50,922 bases of DNA from Tepidiformaceae bacterium (GCA_049662005.1 JBATAT010000081.1:1-50922); one strand, 5' to 3'. Shown: positions 19,627 through 28,591, counted from the stretch's first letter. Notes: a model not told the origin generated them from the sequence alone. Made by a program: numbers and translations.

Positions 19627-20300
19627 TGGGTGTGAACCGTTTCCGTATCATCGTTCCTCTCGCCGGCGTGGTCCTCGCGGGGTTCGGCGTGCTCGCGTCA
19701 TCCGCGGTTGGCAAGCCTGAACTGAAATACCATGTAGTGGCGCCAGCCCTCAGCGTCGCGGAAGAAGTTCCGACGCCCACCCCGACGCCGCGACCTGTGC
19801 CATACAACGGGCCAGTGGCATCCCTGTATCTCGAGAGCGCGGGTATTTCGGCGAGCTGGCCGGTTGAAAAACGTGACACGACGTTCGAAGGCGGGCGCGA
19901 AGTGTTCGAGAACCCGTCTCACCCTGAGCAGATCGCCTGGTACGCGCGCTTCGGGCAGCCCGGTTATGCGGCGAACAACAGCATTTTCGCGGCCCACATC
20001 AACTACATCCACTACGGAAACGGGCCGTTCGCTTATCTCACGAGCGCGAAAGTGGATGATGCCCTTTATGTGACAATGGATAACGGCGTTAGCTATACCT
20101 ACACCGTGAAATCGGTCGCAGTGGTTTCGCTGACGGACCTTCAAAACGGTGCGATGGACGCATACGTGTTCCCTGCGCTTGATAGCTACCACGAGCGGGT
20201 GACGCTCATCAGCTGCGGGGGCGATTTCGTACCACGGGCAGGCGGTGGAGGGGACTACACGAGCCGGGTGATCCTGGTGGCCGAGCGTTACGTAAACTAA
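19626..20300 (+). CDS. Membrane-anchored sortase-family transpeptidase
   Basis: N-terminal TM helix, Pro/Thr linker (EEVPTPTPTPRPVPY), and sortase catalytic segments NSIFAAH (His), TLISCGG (TLxTC Cys) and RVILVAER (Arg). GTG start overlaps the hydrolase TAG by 1 nt. Confidence 0.75.
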   Translation: MGVNRFRIIVPLAGVVLAGFGVLASSAVGKPELKYHVVAPALSVAEEVPTPTPTPRPVPYNGPVASLYLESAGISASWPVEKRDTTFEGGREVFENPSHPEQIAWYARFGQPGYAANNSIFAAHINYIHYGNGPFAYLTSAKVDDALYVTMDNGVSYTYTVKSVAVVSLTDLQNGAMDAYVFPALDSYHERVTLISCGGDFVPRAGGGGDYTSRVILVAERYVN

Positions 20301-20318
20301 TCGAAAGCGTGAAAAAGC

Positions 20319-20347
20319 TTGCCCAAGAGGGGCGGTGGGACTACGCT
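20319..20347 (+). promoter_or_regulatory. Possible sigma70-type promoter for tRNA-Asp
   Basis: TTGCCC, 17 nt, TACGCT, ending 12 nt before the tRNA 5' end. Weak match, by eye only. Confidence 0.3.
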
Positions 20348-20358
20348 TCTAAGTGGCT

Positions 20359-20435
20359 GGCCCCGTGGTGTAGCGGCCTAACATGCCACCCTGTCAAGGT
20401 GGAGATCGGCGGTTCGAATCCGCTCGGGGTCGCCA
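20359..20435 (+). tRNA. tRNA-Asp (anticodon GTC), CCA encoded
   Basis: The cloverleaf folds by hand: acceptor GGCCCCG/CGGGGTC, D stem GTGT/ACAT, anticodon stem CCACC/GGTGG with loop CTGTCAA, T arm GGCGG-TTCGAAT-CCGCT, discriminator G, then CCA. Confidence 0.92.
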
Positions 20436-20454
20436 TACCCCGCTACTTTACGAT

Positions 20455-20477
20455 AACCCGCCCGATGAGGCGGGTTT
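20455..20477 (+). terminator. Hairpin after tRNA-Asp
   Basis: AACCCGCC-CGATGA-GGCGGGTT followed by TCGTG (short U tract). Confidence 0.5.
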
Positions 20478-20592
20478 CGTGATCTGTGGGGGCGAGCGGC
20501 GGACGCATGCCTCACAATTTTCCGAGGTCAGCTCGCCTGACCACGACTCGTGATTACTGTCGTACGCCGTTCCCCAAGACCCTCGAAGCGGT

Positions 20593-21009
20593 TTACGCGC
20601 GCGAACGAAGCCCGTAGATTGAGGTGTGCTCGATGGCGGCACAGACACCGCCGCCGTCTGTAACGACGACGTTGAAGGTGACGTACTTGTCGCCGTTGCG
20701 CTCGAACATCTTCAGCACCTCCCCTGAAACGATGGCTTTCGTTCCCGCCGGTGGACACTTTTTGATGGTGAGTTCGGACGAGGTATGCACTCCGGCTTCG
20801 TAGTGGAACGTTCCGTGAATCAATCGCCCATAGGCGCCCAGATACATACCCGGAGGTACGGTTAACTCGCCGTCATGCATGTAAGGATCGATAGGCTCGC
20901 CGCTTCGATCGAGGTACTGTTCGATGGCGGCGCGGTCATACACAACTTCATATGGCGTCAGAGGTGTTCCTGGCCGGGCGTTCTGTTCGTTCATCTCAGG
21001 AAGTTCCAA
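20593..21009 (-). CDS. Single hotdog-fold protein (MaoC/FAS-dehydratase N-type), tentative
   Basis: 138 aa. DPYMHDGELTVPPGMYLGAYG resembles the central-helix segment of MaoC-like dehydratases. Lies 45 nt downstream of a second hotdog gene on the same strand. Confidence 0.55.
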   Translation of the reverse strand: MELPEMNEQNARPGTPLTPYEVVYDRAAIEQYLDRSGEPIDPYMHDGELTVPPGMYLGAYGRLIHGTFHYEAGVHTSSELTIKKCPPAGTKAIVSGEVLKMFERNGDKYVTFNVVVTDGGGVCAAIEHTSIYGLRSRA

Positions 21010-21054
21010 TGCATCACCTACTCTCAGAAATCGATGTCTGCAACGTGTGGTCCG

Positions 21055-21441
21055 CTAAACGTGGCAAGTCGCCTGTGCGAACGCGGCCACCACGTTTTCC
21101 GAGTCAATCACCTTGAGCTCAATCGTTACCGTGTTGTCATTTTCCCCACTTGGTGCTTCGACAACCGTTCCTTCGACGGTGACCTCGGCACCCTCGTACA
21201 CTGGCCGCCGCAGACGCCCCTTGAAGCTGGAGCCACCCGCCTGCCAGCGTGGGCCAAACTCATTCTGCATGAGTCGGCTCATGTAGCCGAGAACGGTGAC
21301 TCCGGGCACAAGTCCGCCGCGGTACCCCATTTGGCGAGCTTTCTCGTCATCGTGAATGCTCCCCTTCGATTCTGCAGCGCTGTTCTTGGGCAGTATCTTC
21401 AGTGGGCCGAGTTTCGCTTCGCGTTCGGTAGGTATCGGCAT
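21055..21441 (-). CDS. MaoC-like acyl dehydratase (single hotdog fold)
   Basis: 128 aa. KGSIHDDEKARQMGYRGGLVPGVTVLGY matches the MaoC central-helix region, followed by a beta-sheet tail. Confidence 0.7.
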   Translation of the reverse strand: MPIPTEREAKLGPLKILPKNSAAESKGSIHDDEKARQMGYRGGLVPGVTVLGYMSRLMQNEFGPRWQAGGSSFKGRLRRPVYEGAEVTVEGTVVEAPSGENDNTVTIELKVIDSENVVAAFAQATCHV

Positions 21442-21525
21442 GGGAAGCTCCTTTGGAGGCGACGGCCCCGATTGGGCGGTGTTTCTGAATACTCTGGATC
21501 GCTGGCGCCGCCCGTCAACCAGCGG

Positions 21526-21548
21526 TTTTCGATGCGCGCGTTCGAAAA
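21526..21548. promoter_or_regulatory. Inverted repeat in the hotdog/LysR divergent promoter region (candidate LysR operator)
   Basis: TTTTCGA-TGCGCGCGT-TCGAAAA: 7-bp arms with a 9-nt spacer. About 85 nt from the hotdog ATG and 110 nt from the lysR ATG. Confidence 0.35.
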
Positions 21549-21658
21549 TTCCGCAGATTGGTTAAGAACACTTGGAACGCCAACGTTGGCTGCCAGTCTC
21601 GAATAGTATCCGCAGAACCACAGGCTAACTCGTTCGCGACGAGGATCCGGAGGCTCAA

Positions 21659-22591
21659 ATGAGGATCGAAGCTCTTAAATCATTCGTGACGCTGGTACGG
21701 GCGGGCTCCTACGCCGCCACCGCGGACGAACTGTTCATGAGTTCAACGACAATTCACGGACAGATCCGCGCGCTCGAACAGGAACTGGGCACAACGCTCC
21801 TTACTTTTCGTGGCCGGGACTTGCACCTGACTGGTGCCGGCAGCCGGCTCCTTCTTTTTGCAGAACAAACGCTCGAGGCGCGAAAGAAGCTTGACGATGA
21901 CATCTCCGGCGTAAGACGGCGGAGCCCCGCCAAGCTGCGGATTGCGGCACTGCACGGACCGAGTATTCACGTGCTGCCTACGGCGATCCGTGCGTATCAC
22001 CAGTTGAAGAATGACATCGTCGTGGCTGTGACGACTTCGAACATCGGCAGCGGCCTGGCCTCACTGAGTTCAGGCCAGGCCGACGTTGCCATCCTCAATG
22101 ACCTTCACACGGATGAGATTCCGGGCGGATTTGCGGTGACCACGGTGTACGAAGACACCCTCGCCATGATCATTCGAACGGAAGACTATGAACCTCCGGA
22201 TATCAACTTGCTATCGAAGTACCCCGTCGCAACGCAAAGCCCAACCAGCGCCTACCGAAAATACCTTGAACAGTGGGCACGAACTGTGGGTGTTCCGATC
22301 GAGGGCGCCTTCGAGCACTCGTCGTTCGATGGCGTCCTCTCGTACGTGCTCCAGGGCAAGTGCATAGGGATGGTGGCTGGATACATCGCCCGGGACCCCG
22401 AGCTTTCCGAACGGATCCGGGCATTGAACCTGCCCGACTTTTATATGAAGCGGAAGGTTATTGCGGCTCATGCGATTCGGCCCGACCCGCTGGTGGCAGA
22501 CTTCCTCCAGTTCCTGCGCGAGTTCTACCTTCCGTCTTCAGACAGTCAGCCGGGCGACCTACGAAAGCTGGCCGATTCGAAATTTTCGTAG
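21659..22591 (+). CDS. LysR-family transcriptional regulator
   Basis: N-terminal wHTH (SYAATADELFMSSTTIHGQIRALEQELG) plus an approximately 200-aa co-inducer domain. 310 aa. Confidence 0.9.
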   Translation: MRIEALKSFVTLVRAGSYAATADELFMSSTTIHGQIRALEQELGTTLLTFRGRDLHLTGAGSRLLLFAEQTLEARKKLDDDISGVRRRSPAKLRIAALHGPSIHVLPTAIRAYHQLKNDIVVAVTTSNIGSGLASLSSGQADVAILNDLHTDEIPGGFAVTTVYEDTLAMIIRTEDYEPPDINLLSKYPVATQSPTSAYRKYLEQWARTVGVPIEGAFEHSSFDGVLSYVLQGKCIGMVAGYIARDPELSERIRALNLPDFYMKRKVIAAHAIRPDPLVADFLQFLREFYLPSSDSQPGDLRKLADSKFS

Positions 22592-22688
22592 GCCGCCTAC
22601 CCCAAACACATCTGGCACGGTTGGCCCGTTCGCTGGTAGAACAGGGGCGTCGTGTGGCGGACAAAGTCGCCACGCGCGGGAGGGATCC

Positions 22689-24335
22689 ATGAAACCGAAC
22701 CAATTTTCGCGTCGACGGGCACTTCAGGGCTTCGGTGGCGGGGCGGCGCTGATCGGCAGCGCGGCGCTCTTTGGGGGCTGTGGTGACGACGATGATGATG
22801 ACAGTGGGGCGAATCCGACTGGGCCGGCTGCAACCGTCGATACCCGCGCCACTCCGGTGCCGAGCGTGGTCGCCAAGCAGGGCGGCACGTTAAAGGTCGC
22901 TCTCAGCGGTGACCCAACCGGCCTCGATCCGAGCACTTCTCGCGGCGGCAACGACCACCACTGGCTGTACAGTCTCTTCGACAACCTCGTGAATAGCGAT
23001 CCGAAATTCAATGTCGCCGAAGGCCTAGCGACAAAATGGGAGGTGGTCGACGACCTGACGGTGAAGTTCACCGTGCCATCGATGAACCACACGTACCACG
23101 ACGGTACGAAGGCCAGCATCGACGACATCAAATATACGATTGATCGCCACCTCGACCCGGCAACGAAGTCATTTGCGGCTGGGTCCCTGAGTAGTGTGGA
23201 CAAGGTTGAAATCCCGGACGCCAACACGGCTGTTTTCAAGTTGAAGAACATCACTGCTTCTCTCTACGCCATCCTTGGGGACCGCGCCGGGATGATTATG
23301 GCCAAGGCTCCAACCGAAGCTGCTGGCGCCGATTTCACGAACAAGCCGATCGGTTCTGGCCCGTTCAAGCTCGATTCGTGGGCTGTCGATGCGAGCCTGA
23401 AAATGTCGAGGTTCGCTGACTATCGAACTAAGAACTATCCGTACCTGGACACTATCGACGTTCAGATCGTTCCCAACTCCTCGGTGCAGTTCGCCAACCT
23501 GCGCAGCGGCAACGCGGACCTGATCTTCGTGGACGCCAAAGATGTTGATGCGGCAAAGACAGATTCGGCAGTGCAGTTCGTCCAGTACCCCGGGACCGGC
23601 TACACGCAGGTCAACCTCAACTTGTCACAGCCGCCGATCAACGACATTCGGATCCGCCAGGCGATGTCGTGTTCTTTGAATCGCAAGGCCATTTTGAACG
23701 GAATCTATTTCGGCGTGGGAACACTTGCCAACGGGCCTCTCACTCCTGCGGTCTGGGCCTACAATGAAAGCCTCAAGCCAATCGAAGAAGATCTGCAAAA
23801 GGCCAAACAACTACTTTCTGCAGCGGGCCACCCCGATGGTATTACTTTCGATATGCTCATCACTGCTTCCGAGGTAAACACGCCGCTCTCCGCCATGCTG
23901 AAGTCCCAATGGGAGCGAGCTGGTATCAACGTGAACATCGTCGTCCGCACTGCCGAACAGGCGACCGTCGAATATCGAGATCAAAAATTCCCCATCTACC
24001 TCGTTGGCTTTTCTGGCCGTGCTGATCCGGATCTGACGATCTTCGACAACTTCCATAGCAAGGGAGCATTCAACCGTGCCTCCTTCAACAAGACATACAC
24101 CCTTGAGGAGAGCCAGGTCTCGCTGGACGGGAAGATCGAGAAAGCCCGGCAGATCTACGATCAGGCGCAGCGCAAAGTGATCTATGACGACATCCAGCAG
24201 CAGATTGCCGAGAACGCCCATGGCATTTTCTTCACGCACAGTTCGAACAACGTGGGCATGAGCAAGCGACTTCGCGGGTTTACACCATATGGCGACGGCA
24301 AACTTCGGTTGCATGAGCTCTGGCTAGATTCGTGA
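22689..24335 (+). CDS. ABC transporter substrate-binding lipoprotein, family 5 (Dpp/Opp/Nik type), Tat-exported
   Basis: Twin-arginine signal FSRRRALQG, lipobox LFGGC, poly-Asp linker, then a family-5 body (KQGGTLKVALSGDPTGLDP...). The ORF opens at 22461 inside lysR; ATG 22689 was chosen. Confidence 0.9.
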   Translation: MKPNQFSRRRALQGFGGGAALIGSAALFGGCGDDDDDDSGANPTGPAATVDTRATPVPSVVAKQGGTLKVALSGDPTGLDPSTSRGGNDHHWLYSLFDNLVNSDPKFNVAEGLATKWEVVDDLTVKFTVPSMNHTYHDGTKASIDDIKYTIDRHLDPATKSFAAGSLSSVDKVEIPDANTAVFKLKNITASLYAILGDRAGMIMAKAPTEAAGADFTNKPIGSGPFKLDSWAVDASLKMSRFADYRTKNYPYLDTIDVQIVPNSSVQFANLRSGNADLIFVDAKDVDAAKTDSAVQFVQYPGTGYTQVNLNLSQPPINDIRIRQAMSCSLNRKAILNGIYFGVGTLANGPLTPAVWAYNESLKPIEEDLQKAKQLLSAAGHPDGITFDMLITASEVNTPLSAMLKSQWERAGINVNIVVRTAEQATVEYRDQKFPIYLVGFSGRADPDLTIFDNFHSKGAFNRASFNKTYTLEESQVSLDGKIEKARQIYDQAQRKVIYDDIQQQIAENAHGIFFTHSSNNVGMSKRLRGFTPYGDGKLRLHELWLDS

Positions 24336-25288
24336 GCGGGTATATCGTCCGGCGATTGCTCAATGCGATTCCGGTCCTCATCTTTGTCTCGCTGATGGTC
24401 TTCGCTCTCACGAATGTGATGAGCGGAGACCCGGTTGAGGCGATTTCCGGAGGTTCTGAGGCGACATTGTCGCCGGAGGCCATCCAGCAACTGCGAGAAG
24501 AACTGGGGCTTACCGATCCGCTTCCGGTTCAGTATCTGCGATGGCTCGGAAATGCCCTGCGCGGCGACCTCGGGACGTCGATCACGAATAACCGGCCGGT
24601 GACCGAAGTCCTCGGAGCACGGCTGCCTACGACGCTTCAACTCGCGGTGGTGGCCTGGCTCATCGCTGTTGCCATTTCGCTGCCGTTGGGAATCATCGCA
24701 GGCGTTAAGCGGAACACATGGATCGACCACGTCGCTACCATTATCGCGCTGGGCGGCGTTGCGATGCCGTCATTTTGGATGGGACTGATGTTCATCCTGC
24801 TCTTCGGAGTGTGGTGGCAGATCTTCCCACCCTCTGGCTTTGTCTCGATATTCGATAACCCTATTCAGGCTGCGCGCTACCTGGCATTGCCCGCTCTGAC
24901 CCTCGGGCTTCACCAGACCGGGTCACTTACTCGCCAGATGCGCTCGAGCATGGTTGAGGTGCTGAGCCAGGACTACGTGCGGACGGCTCGAGCGAAAGGT
25001 CTCAGGGAACAACGCGTGATCATCATGCACGGCATGCGAAACGCGATGCTTCCCGTTTTGACGGTGCTCGGATTGCAGGCCGGGGCGCTCGTCGGCGGAA
25101 CCGTTGTCATCGAGCAGGTATTCGCCATCCCCGGCATGGGTCGGCTCGCACTTACAGCCGTCTTCGCACAGGACATTCCCGTCATTCAGGGGGTGGTGCT
25201 GGTAGCAGCCGTTGCGGTACTCGGGGCGAACCTGTTGACCGACCTGACATACGGAATCTTCGATCCGAGGATTCGCTATGGCCATTGA
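24332..25288 (+). CDS. ABC permease, DppB/OppB type
   Basis: YIVRRLLNAIPVL N-terminus, LGLTDPLPVQYLRWL and EAA-loop region DYVRTARAKGL. GTGA overlap with the SBP gene. Confidence 0.9.
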   Translation: MSGYIVRRLLNAIPVLIFVSLMVFALTNVMSGDPVEAISGGSEATLSPEAIQQLREELGLTDPLPVQYLRWLGNALRGDLGTSITNNRPVTEVLGARLPTTLQLAVVAWLIAVAISLPLGIIAGVKRNTWIDHVATIIALGGVAMPSFWMGLMFILLFGVWWQIFPPSGFVSIFDNPIQAARYLALPALTLGLHQTGSLTRQMRSSMVEVLSQDYVRTARAKGLREQRVIIMHGMRNAMLPVLTVLGLQAGALVGGTVVIEQVFAIPGMGRLALTAVFAQDIPVIQGVVLVAAVAVLGANLLTDLTYGIFDPRIRYGH

Positions 25289-26168
25289 TGCGCAAACGCT
25301 TTCCGCGTATAGCCTCACAGCAACGCCGAGTCTTTGGACGCGAATCCGGCGCATCGCATCGCGGGCACCAGTCGGAACGGGGGCCCTTGTCGTCATTCTT
25401 GTCCTCGCGTTGATGGCGATCGCTGCGCCGGTTTTCGCCCCGTATGACCCGCAAGAGCAGGACTACGACCAGCTTCTGCAACCGCCCAGTGCAGAGCATC
25501 CCTTCGGCACCGACCGAATCGGACGGGATCTCCTCAGCAGAATCATTTACGGCACGCGAGTCTCGTTTATGGTCGGAGTCATCGCGGTGGGCGTGGCCCT
25601 GGCGATCGGCACCCCCCTGGGTTTGGTCGCCGGTTACTTCCGCGGCATGACTGATGAAGTGATTATGCGGATCCTCGACGCGTTCATCGCGTTCCCGGGG
25701 ATCATTTTCGCGCTTGCGATCGTCGCCGTCCTCGGATCGAGCCTGACTAACGTGATGCTGGCCATCGGCATTTCTTCGGTGCCGCTCTTCGCCCGACTTA
25801 CCCGCAGCCAGGTGCTTTCACTTCGGCAGACGGACTACGTGCTGGCAGCATCCTCTGCTGGAGCATCCGACCTCCGGGTGATGTTCCGCCACATCATGCC
25901 CAATGCAACCTCACCGTTGATCGTGCAGGCGACTCTTGGGCTCGGATTCGCCGTATTGGCCGAAGCTGGCCTTGGCTATCTGGGCGTCGGCGTTCAACCC
26001 CCGACGCCAACCTGGGGCAGCGACCTCAACCAGGGATCCCCTCTTCTCGAACGCGCCCCTTGGCTATCAATAGCTCCGGGCCTGGCGATCTTCGTTCTCG
26101 TGCTTTCGTTCAACCTCCTCGGAGACGCACTCCGGGACCAACTTGACCCGCGAACGCGAAAGGTCTAG
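25278..26168 (+). CDS. ABC permease, DppC/OppC type
   Basis: HPFGTDRIGRDLLSRIIYGTRVS hallmark, polytopic. 11-nt overlap with the preceding permease. Confidence 0.9.
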   Translation: MAIDAQTLSAYSLTATPSLWTRIRRIASRAPVGTGALVVILVLALMAIAAPVFAPYDPQEQDYDQLLQPPSAEHPFGTDRIGRDLLSRIIYGTRVSFMVGVIAVGVALAIGTPLGLVAGYFRGMTDEVIMRILDAFIAFPGIIFALAIVAVLGSSLTNVMLAIGISSVPLFARLTRSQVLSLRQTDYVLAASSAGASDLRVMFRHIMPNATSPLIVQATLGLGFAVLAEAGLGYLGVGVQPPTPTWGSDLNQGSPLLERAPWLSIAPGLAIFVLVLSFNLLGDALRDQLDPRTRKV

Positions 26169-26213
26169 CTGGGGAAACACACGTCCGCAACCTTTTCGAC
26201 CGAAGGAGCTTAA

Positions 26214-27464
26214 ATGGCAGAGGCACCACTCGCAGGTATCCGCGTGCTCGCCATGGAACAGGCGGTGGCGCTGCCGGTAGGCACGCGACAGCTGGCTGAC
26301 ATGGGGGCAGAGATTATCCGCGTGCAGTCGCACGCACGGCGCGTACCTTCGCTCGCCGAAATCGACCTGACAAGAAATAAGCGGCAATTGGCACTTGACC
26401 TGACCGTCGTGGGTGCCACAGAGGCGTTTCTCCGGGTGGCCGCCAACTGTGACGTGGTCGCGCACAACTACACGCCTCGCGTTGTTCGGCAGTTCGGCAT
26501 CGACTACGAGGCGGTGCGGAAGGTGAATCCCGCGGTGATCTATGTGTCACTAACTGGATTCGGCACCACGGGCCCCTGGGGCGAGCGGCCGCTCTTCGGG
26601 CCGGGCGCGGAAGCTGTCTCGGGCCACAACCTGCTCATTGGAGACCCGGATGGTTGGCCCGGCAGACCCGGAACGATCGTATATGCCGACACGAATTGCG
26701 GCATGAATACCGCATTCGCAGTGCTGGCGGCGCTCGATGAACGGGACCGAACCGGGCACGGGCAGCACATCGACATTTCGCTCTATGAGACTTCGGTGTT
26801 CCAGCTCGGCCCGGTTCTGACCGAACTGCAGTTCGGCGCTGAGCCGCAACGAGTCGCGAACGATGACGCCGGCTTCGCGATTCACGGCGTTTTTGATTGC
26901 ATCGGCGTCGACCGCCATGTCGCAATCGCAGCGAGGGAAGACCAGGTGGCTGCACTTGCCAGCACGCTCGGAATCCCGGTGGCAAGCGCGTCGTCAATCT
27001 CAGAGGCTGTTGCAGATCGCGACGCCAGGACGGTAGCCCAGGTGCTCCAGGCGGTCGGGATTGCTGCCAGCGTCGTCAGTGACGCGTCGGACCTCGCCGT
27101 AGATGATCATTTGTGGTCGCGCAGGTTCTTCGGCGTCATCCAGCGAACCAGCCCAGGAGTTACGCGCGGCGAGTATCCGCATGTTGGTCCGGCGTGGGGC
27201 CACGGCGCGGCGGTTCCCCTCGAGGAAGCCCGTCCCGTTGGGGCCGACAGTGCCGTGATCCTGGCGGAACTCGGCGGTTACTCTCAGGACGAAGTGGCGG
27301 GCCACTTTGCCAGCGGAGCTACAGCAGCGACGGTAGCTGGGGACACGATTGCAAGAAACCTGGCGTCGGAAGAACTAAGGGCGGAGCGCGGAGAGCTATC
27401 GCGCATCGACCAATCCCACGATGCTTGGCGATCCATTGCCTCCTTTGTTGGTGCCCGATCATGA
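26214..27464 (+). CDS. Family III CoA-transferase (CaiB/BaiF/Frc family)
   Basis: LAGIRVLAMEQAVALPVGTRQLADMGAEIIRV N-terminus and catalytic-Asp segment YADTNCGMNTAFAVLAAL...TGHGQHIDISL. GAAGGAG SD upstream. Confidence 0.87.
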   Translation: MAEAPLAGIRVLAMEQAVALPVGTRQLADMGAEIIRVQSHARRVPSLAEIDLTRNKRQLALDLTVVGATEAFLRVAANCDVVAHNYTPRVVRQFGIDYEAVRKVNPAVIYVSLTGFGTTGPWGERPLFGPGAEAVSGHNLLIGDPDGWPGRPGTIVYADTNCGMNTAFAVLAALDERDRTGHGQHIDISLYETSVFQLGPVLTELQFGAEPQRVANDDAGFAIHGVFDCIGVDRHVAIAAREDQVAALASTLGIPVASASSISEAVADRDARTVAQVLQAVGIAASVVSDASDLAVDDHLWSRRFFGVIQRTSPGVTRGEYPHVGPAWGHGAAVPLEEARPVGADSAVILAELGGYSQDEVAGHFASGATAATVAGDTIARNLASEELRAERGELSRIDQSHDAWRSIASFVGARS

Positions 27465-28576
27465 CCGGTTCACGGAGAATCCTCGATGTTAGTACGGGAG
27501 TCGGCGCCGCCTACGCCGCGAGACTGCTCGCCGACGTAGGCTGGGACGTGGTCAAGTACGAACCAACGGACGGCGATCCACTACGACGCCAGGTGTCTCG
27601 CTGGGGAGGCGGTGTCGGTGGCGCTTTTGTCTTTGCGAACGTCGGCAAGCGTGGGGTTTCCGTCGATTTTGGCCGGCTGGAGACCCTCGCAGCCGCGTCG
27701 GACATTGTCATTGGAGACTTCTCACCATCGGCGCTCGAATCCATGTCACTCCCCCCGGATGCCTGCCAGCGGTTGAGTCCGCGCCAGGCGGTGGTCTCAA
27801 TCTCGCCGTTTGGTATTGCTGGCCCGAAGGCGCACTGGGCCTCGGCTGAGATTGTTGTCCAGGCGGCGAGTGGACTGATGTTCCTCACCGGAGAGCACGA
27901 CCAACCACCGATGCAATTGCCACCGTACCAGGGCGAAATCACGGGAGGAGTGGCGGGAGCTTCGGCGGCACTGCTCGCGGTTCGATCGGCTCGAAAGGAC
28001 GGGGCTGTGCATCGCGCCGATGTTTCTCTAGTCGAAGCGCTCGCCGTGCACACCTCGGCGCAGATTGGCCAGTACGTGTATCACGGGGCGGTCGCACGGC
28101 GCGAAGCCCGCATTAAGGGCGGACTGCGGATGGTCCCGGCGAGTGACCGGTTTGTCTATTGCGCGCCCGGCGCCGTCTCCAGTATGCGCATGGATGGCAT
28201 CGCGGTATTGCTCGACGAACCACGACTCGCCGAGGAACGCTTTCAGACCGCCGAGGGCCGAATGGACCACTACGACGAATTCGTAAGCCTTTTCGTTCCC
28301 CCATTTCGAAACCGGACCGCACAGGAATGGTTCGAGCGTGCAGAGGCTATGCACATGACGTTCGCACTGGTACAGACGTTGCAAGAACTGTTCGAGTGCC
28401 CGCACCTGAACGCTCGGGAATTCTGGCGCGACACGACATTCGCGGGACAGCGAGTTCAAATCCCTGACCGCCCATTCACGTCGGTTGGGGGGGTCCAACC
28501 GAGCAAGCGCCCGGCCCCGTCGTCACCGGGGGTTAACAACGCCGAAGTCCTCGCAGAGTGGCTCGGTCAAAAATAG
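27461..28576 (+). CDS. Family III CoA-transferase paralogue (divergent active-site segment)
   Basis: ILDVSTGVGAAYAARLLADVGWDVVKYEP N-terminus. The segment aligned to the catalytic Asp reads GEITGGVAGASAALLAV...DGAVHRADVSL. ATGA overlap with the upstream CoA-transferase. The ORF opens at 27113. Confidence 0.82.
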   Translation: MTGSRRILDVSTGVGAAYAARLLADVGWDVVKYEPTDGDPLRRQVSRWGGGVGGAFVFANVGKRGVSVDFGRLETLAAASDIVIGDFSPSALESMSLPPDACQRLSPRQAVVSISPFGIAGPKAHWASAEIVVQAASGLMFLTGEHDQPPMQLPPYQGEITGGVAGASAALLAVRSARKDGAVHRADVSLVEALAVHTSAQIGQYVYHGAVARREARIKGGLRMVPASDRFVYCAPGAVSSMRMDGIAVLLDEPRLAEERFQTAEGRMDHYDEFVSLFVPPFRNRTAQEWFERAEAMHMTFALVQTLQELFECPHLNAREFWRDTTFAGQRVQIPDRPFTSVGGVQPSKRPAPSSPGVNNAEVLAEWLGQK

Positions 28577-28591
28577 GAAGGAGTTCCAATC

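Noticed and set aside
13830-22810. GAC/GAT-rich runs (about 13836-13856 and about 22783-22803) as microsatellites or CRISPR-like repeats.
   Set aside because: They are in-frame poly-Asp linkers of lipoprotein SBPs with mixed GAC/GAT codons. They are not perfect tandem repeats, and there are no spacer-repeat arrays anywhere in the window.
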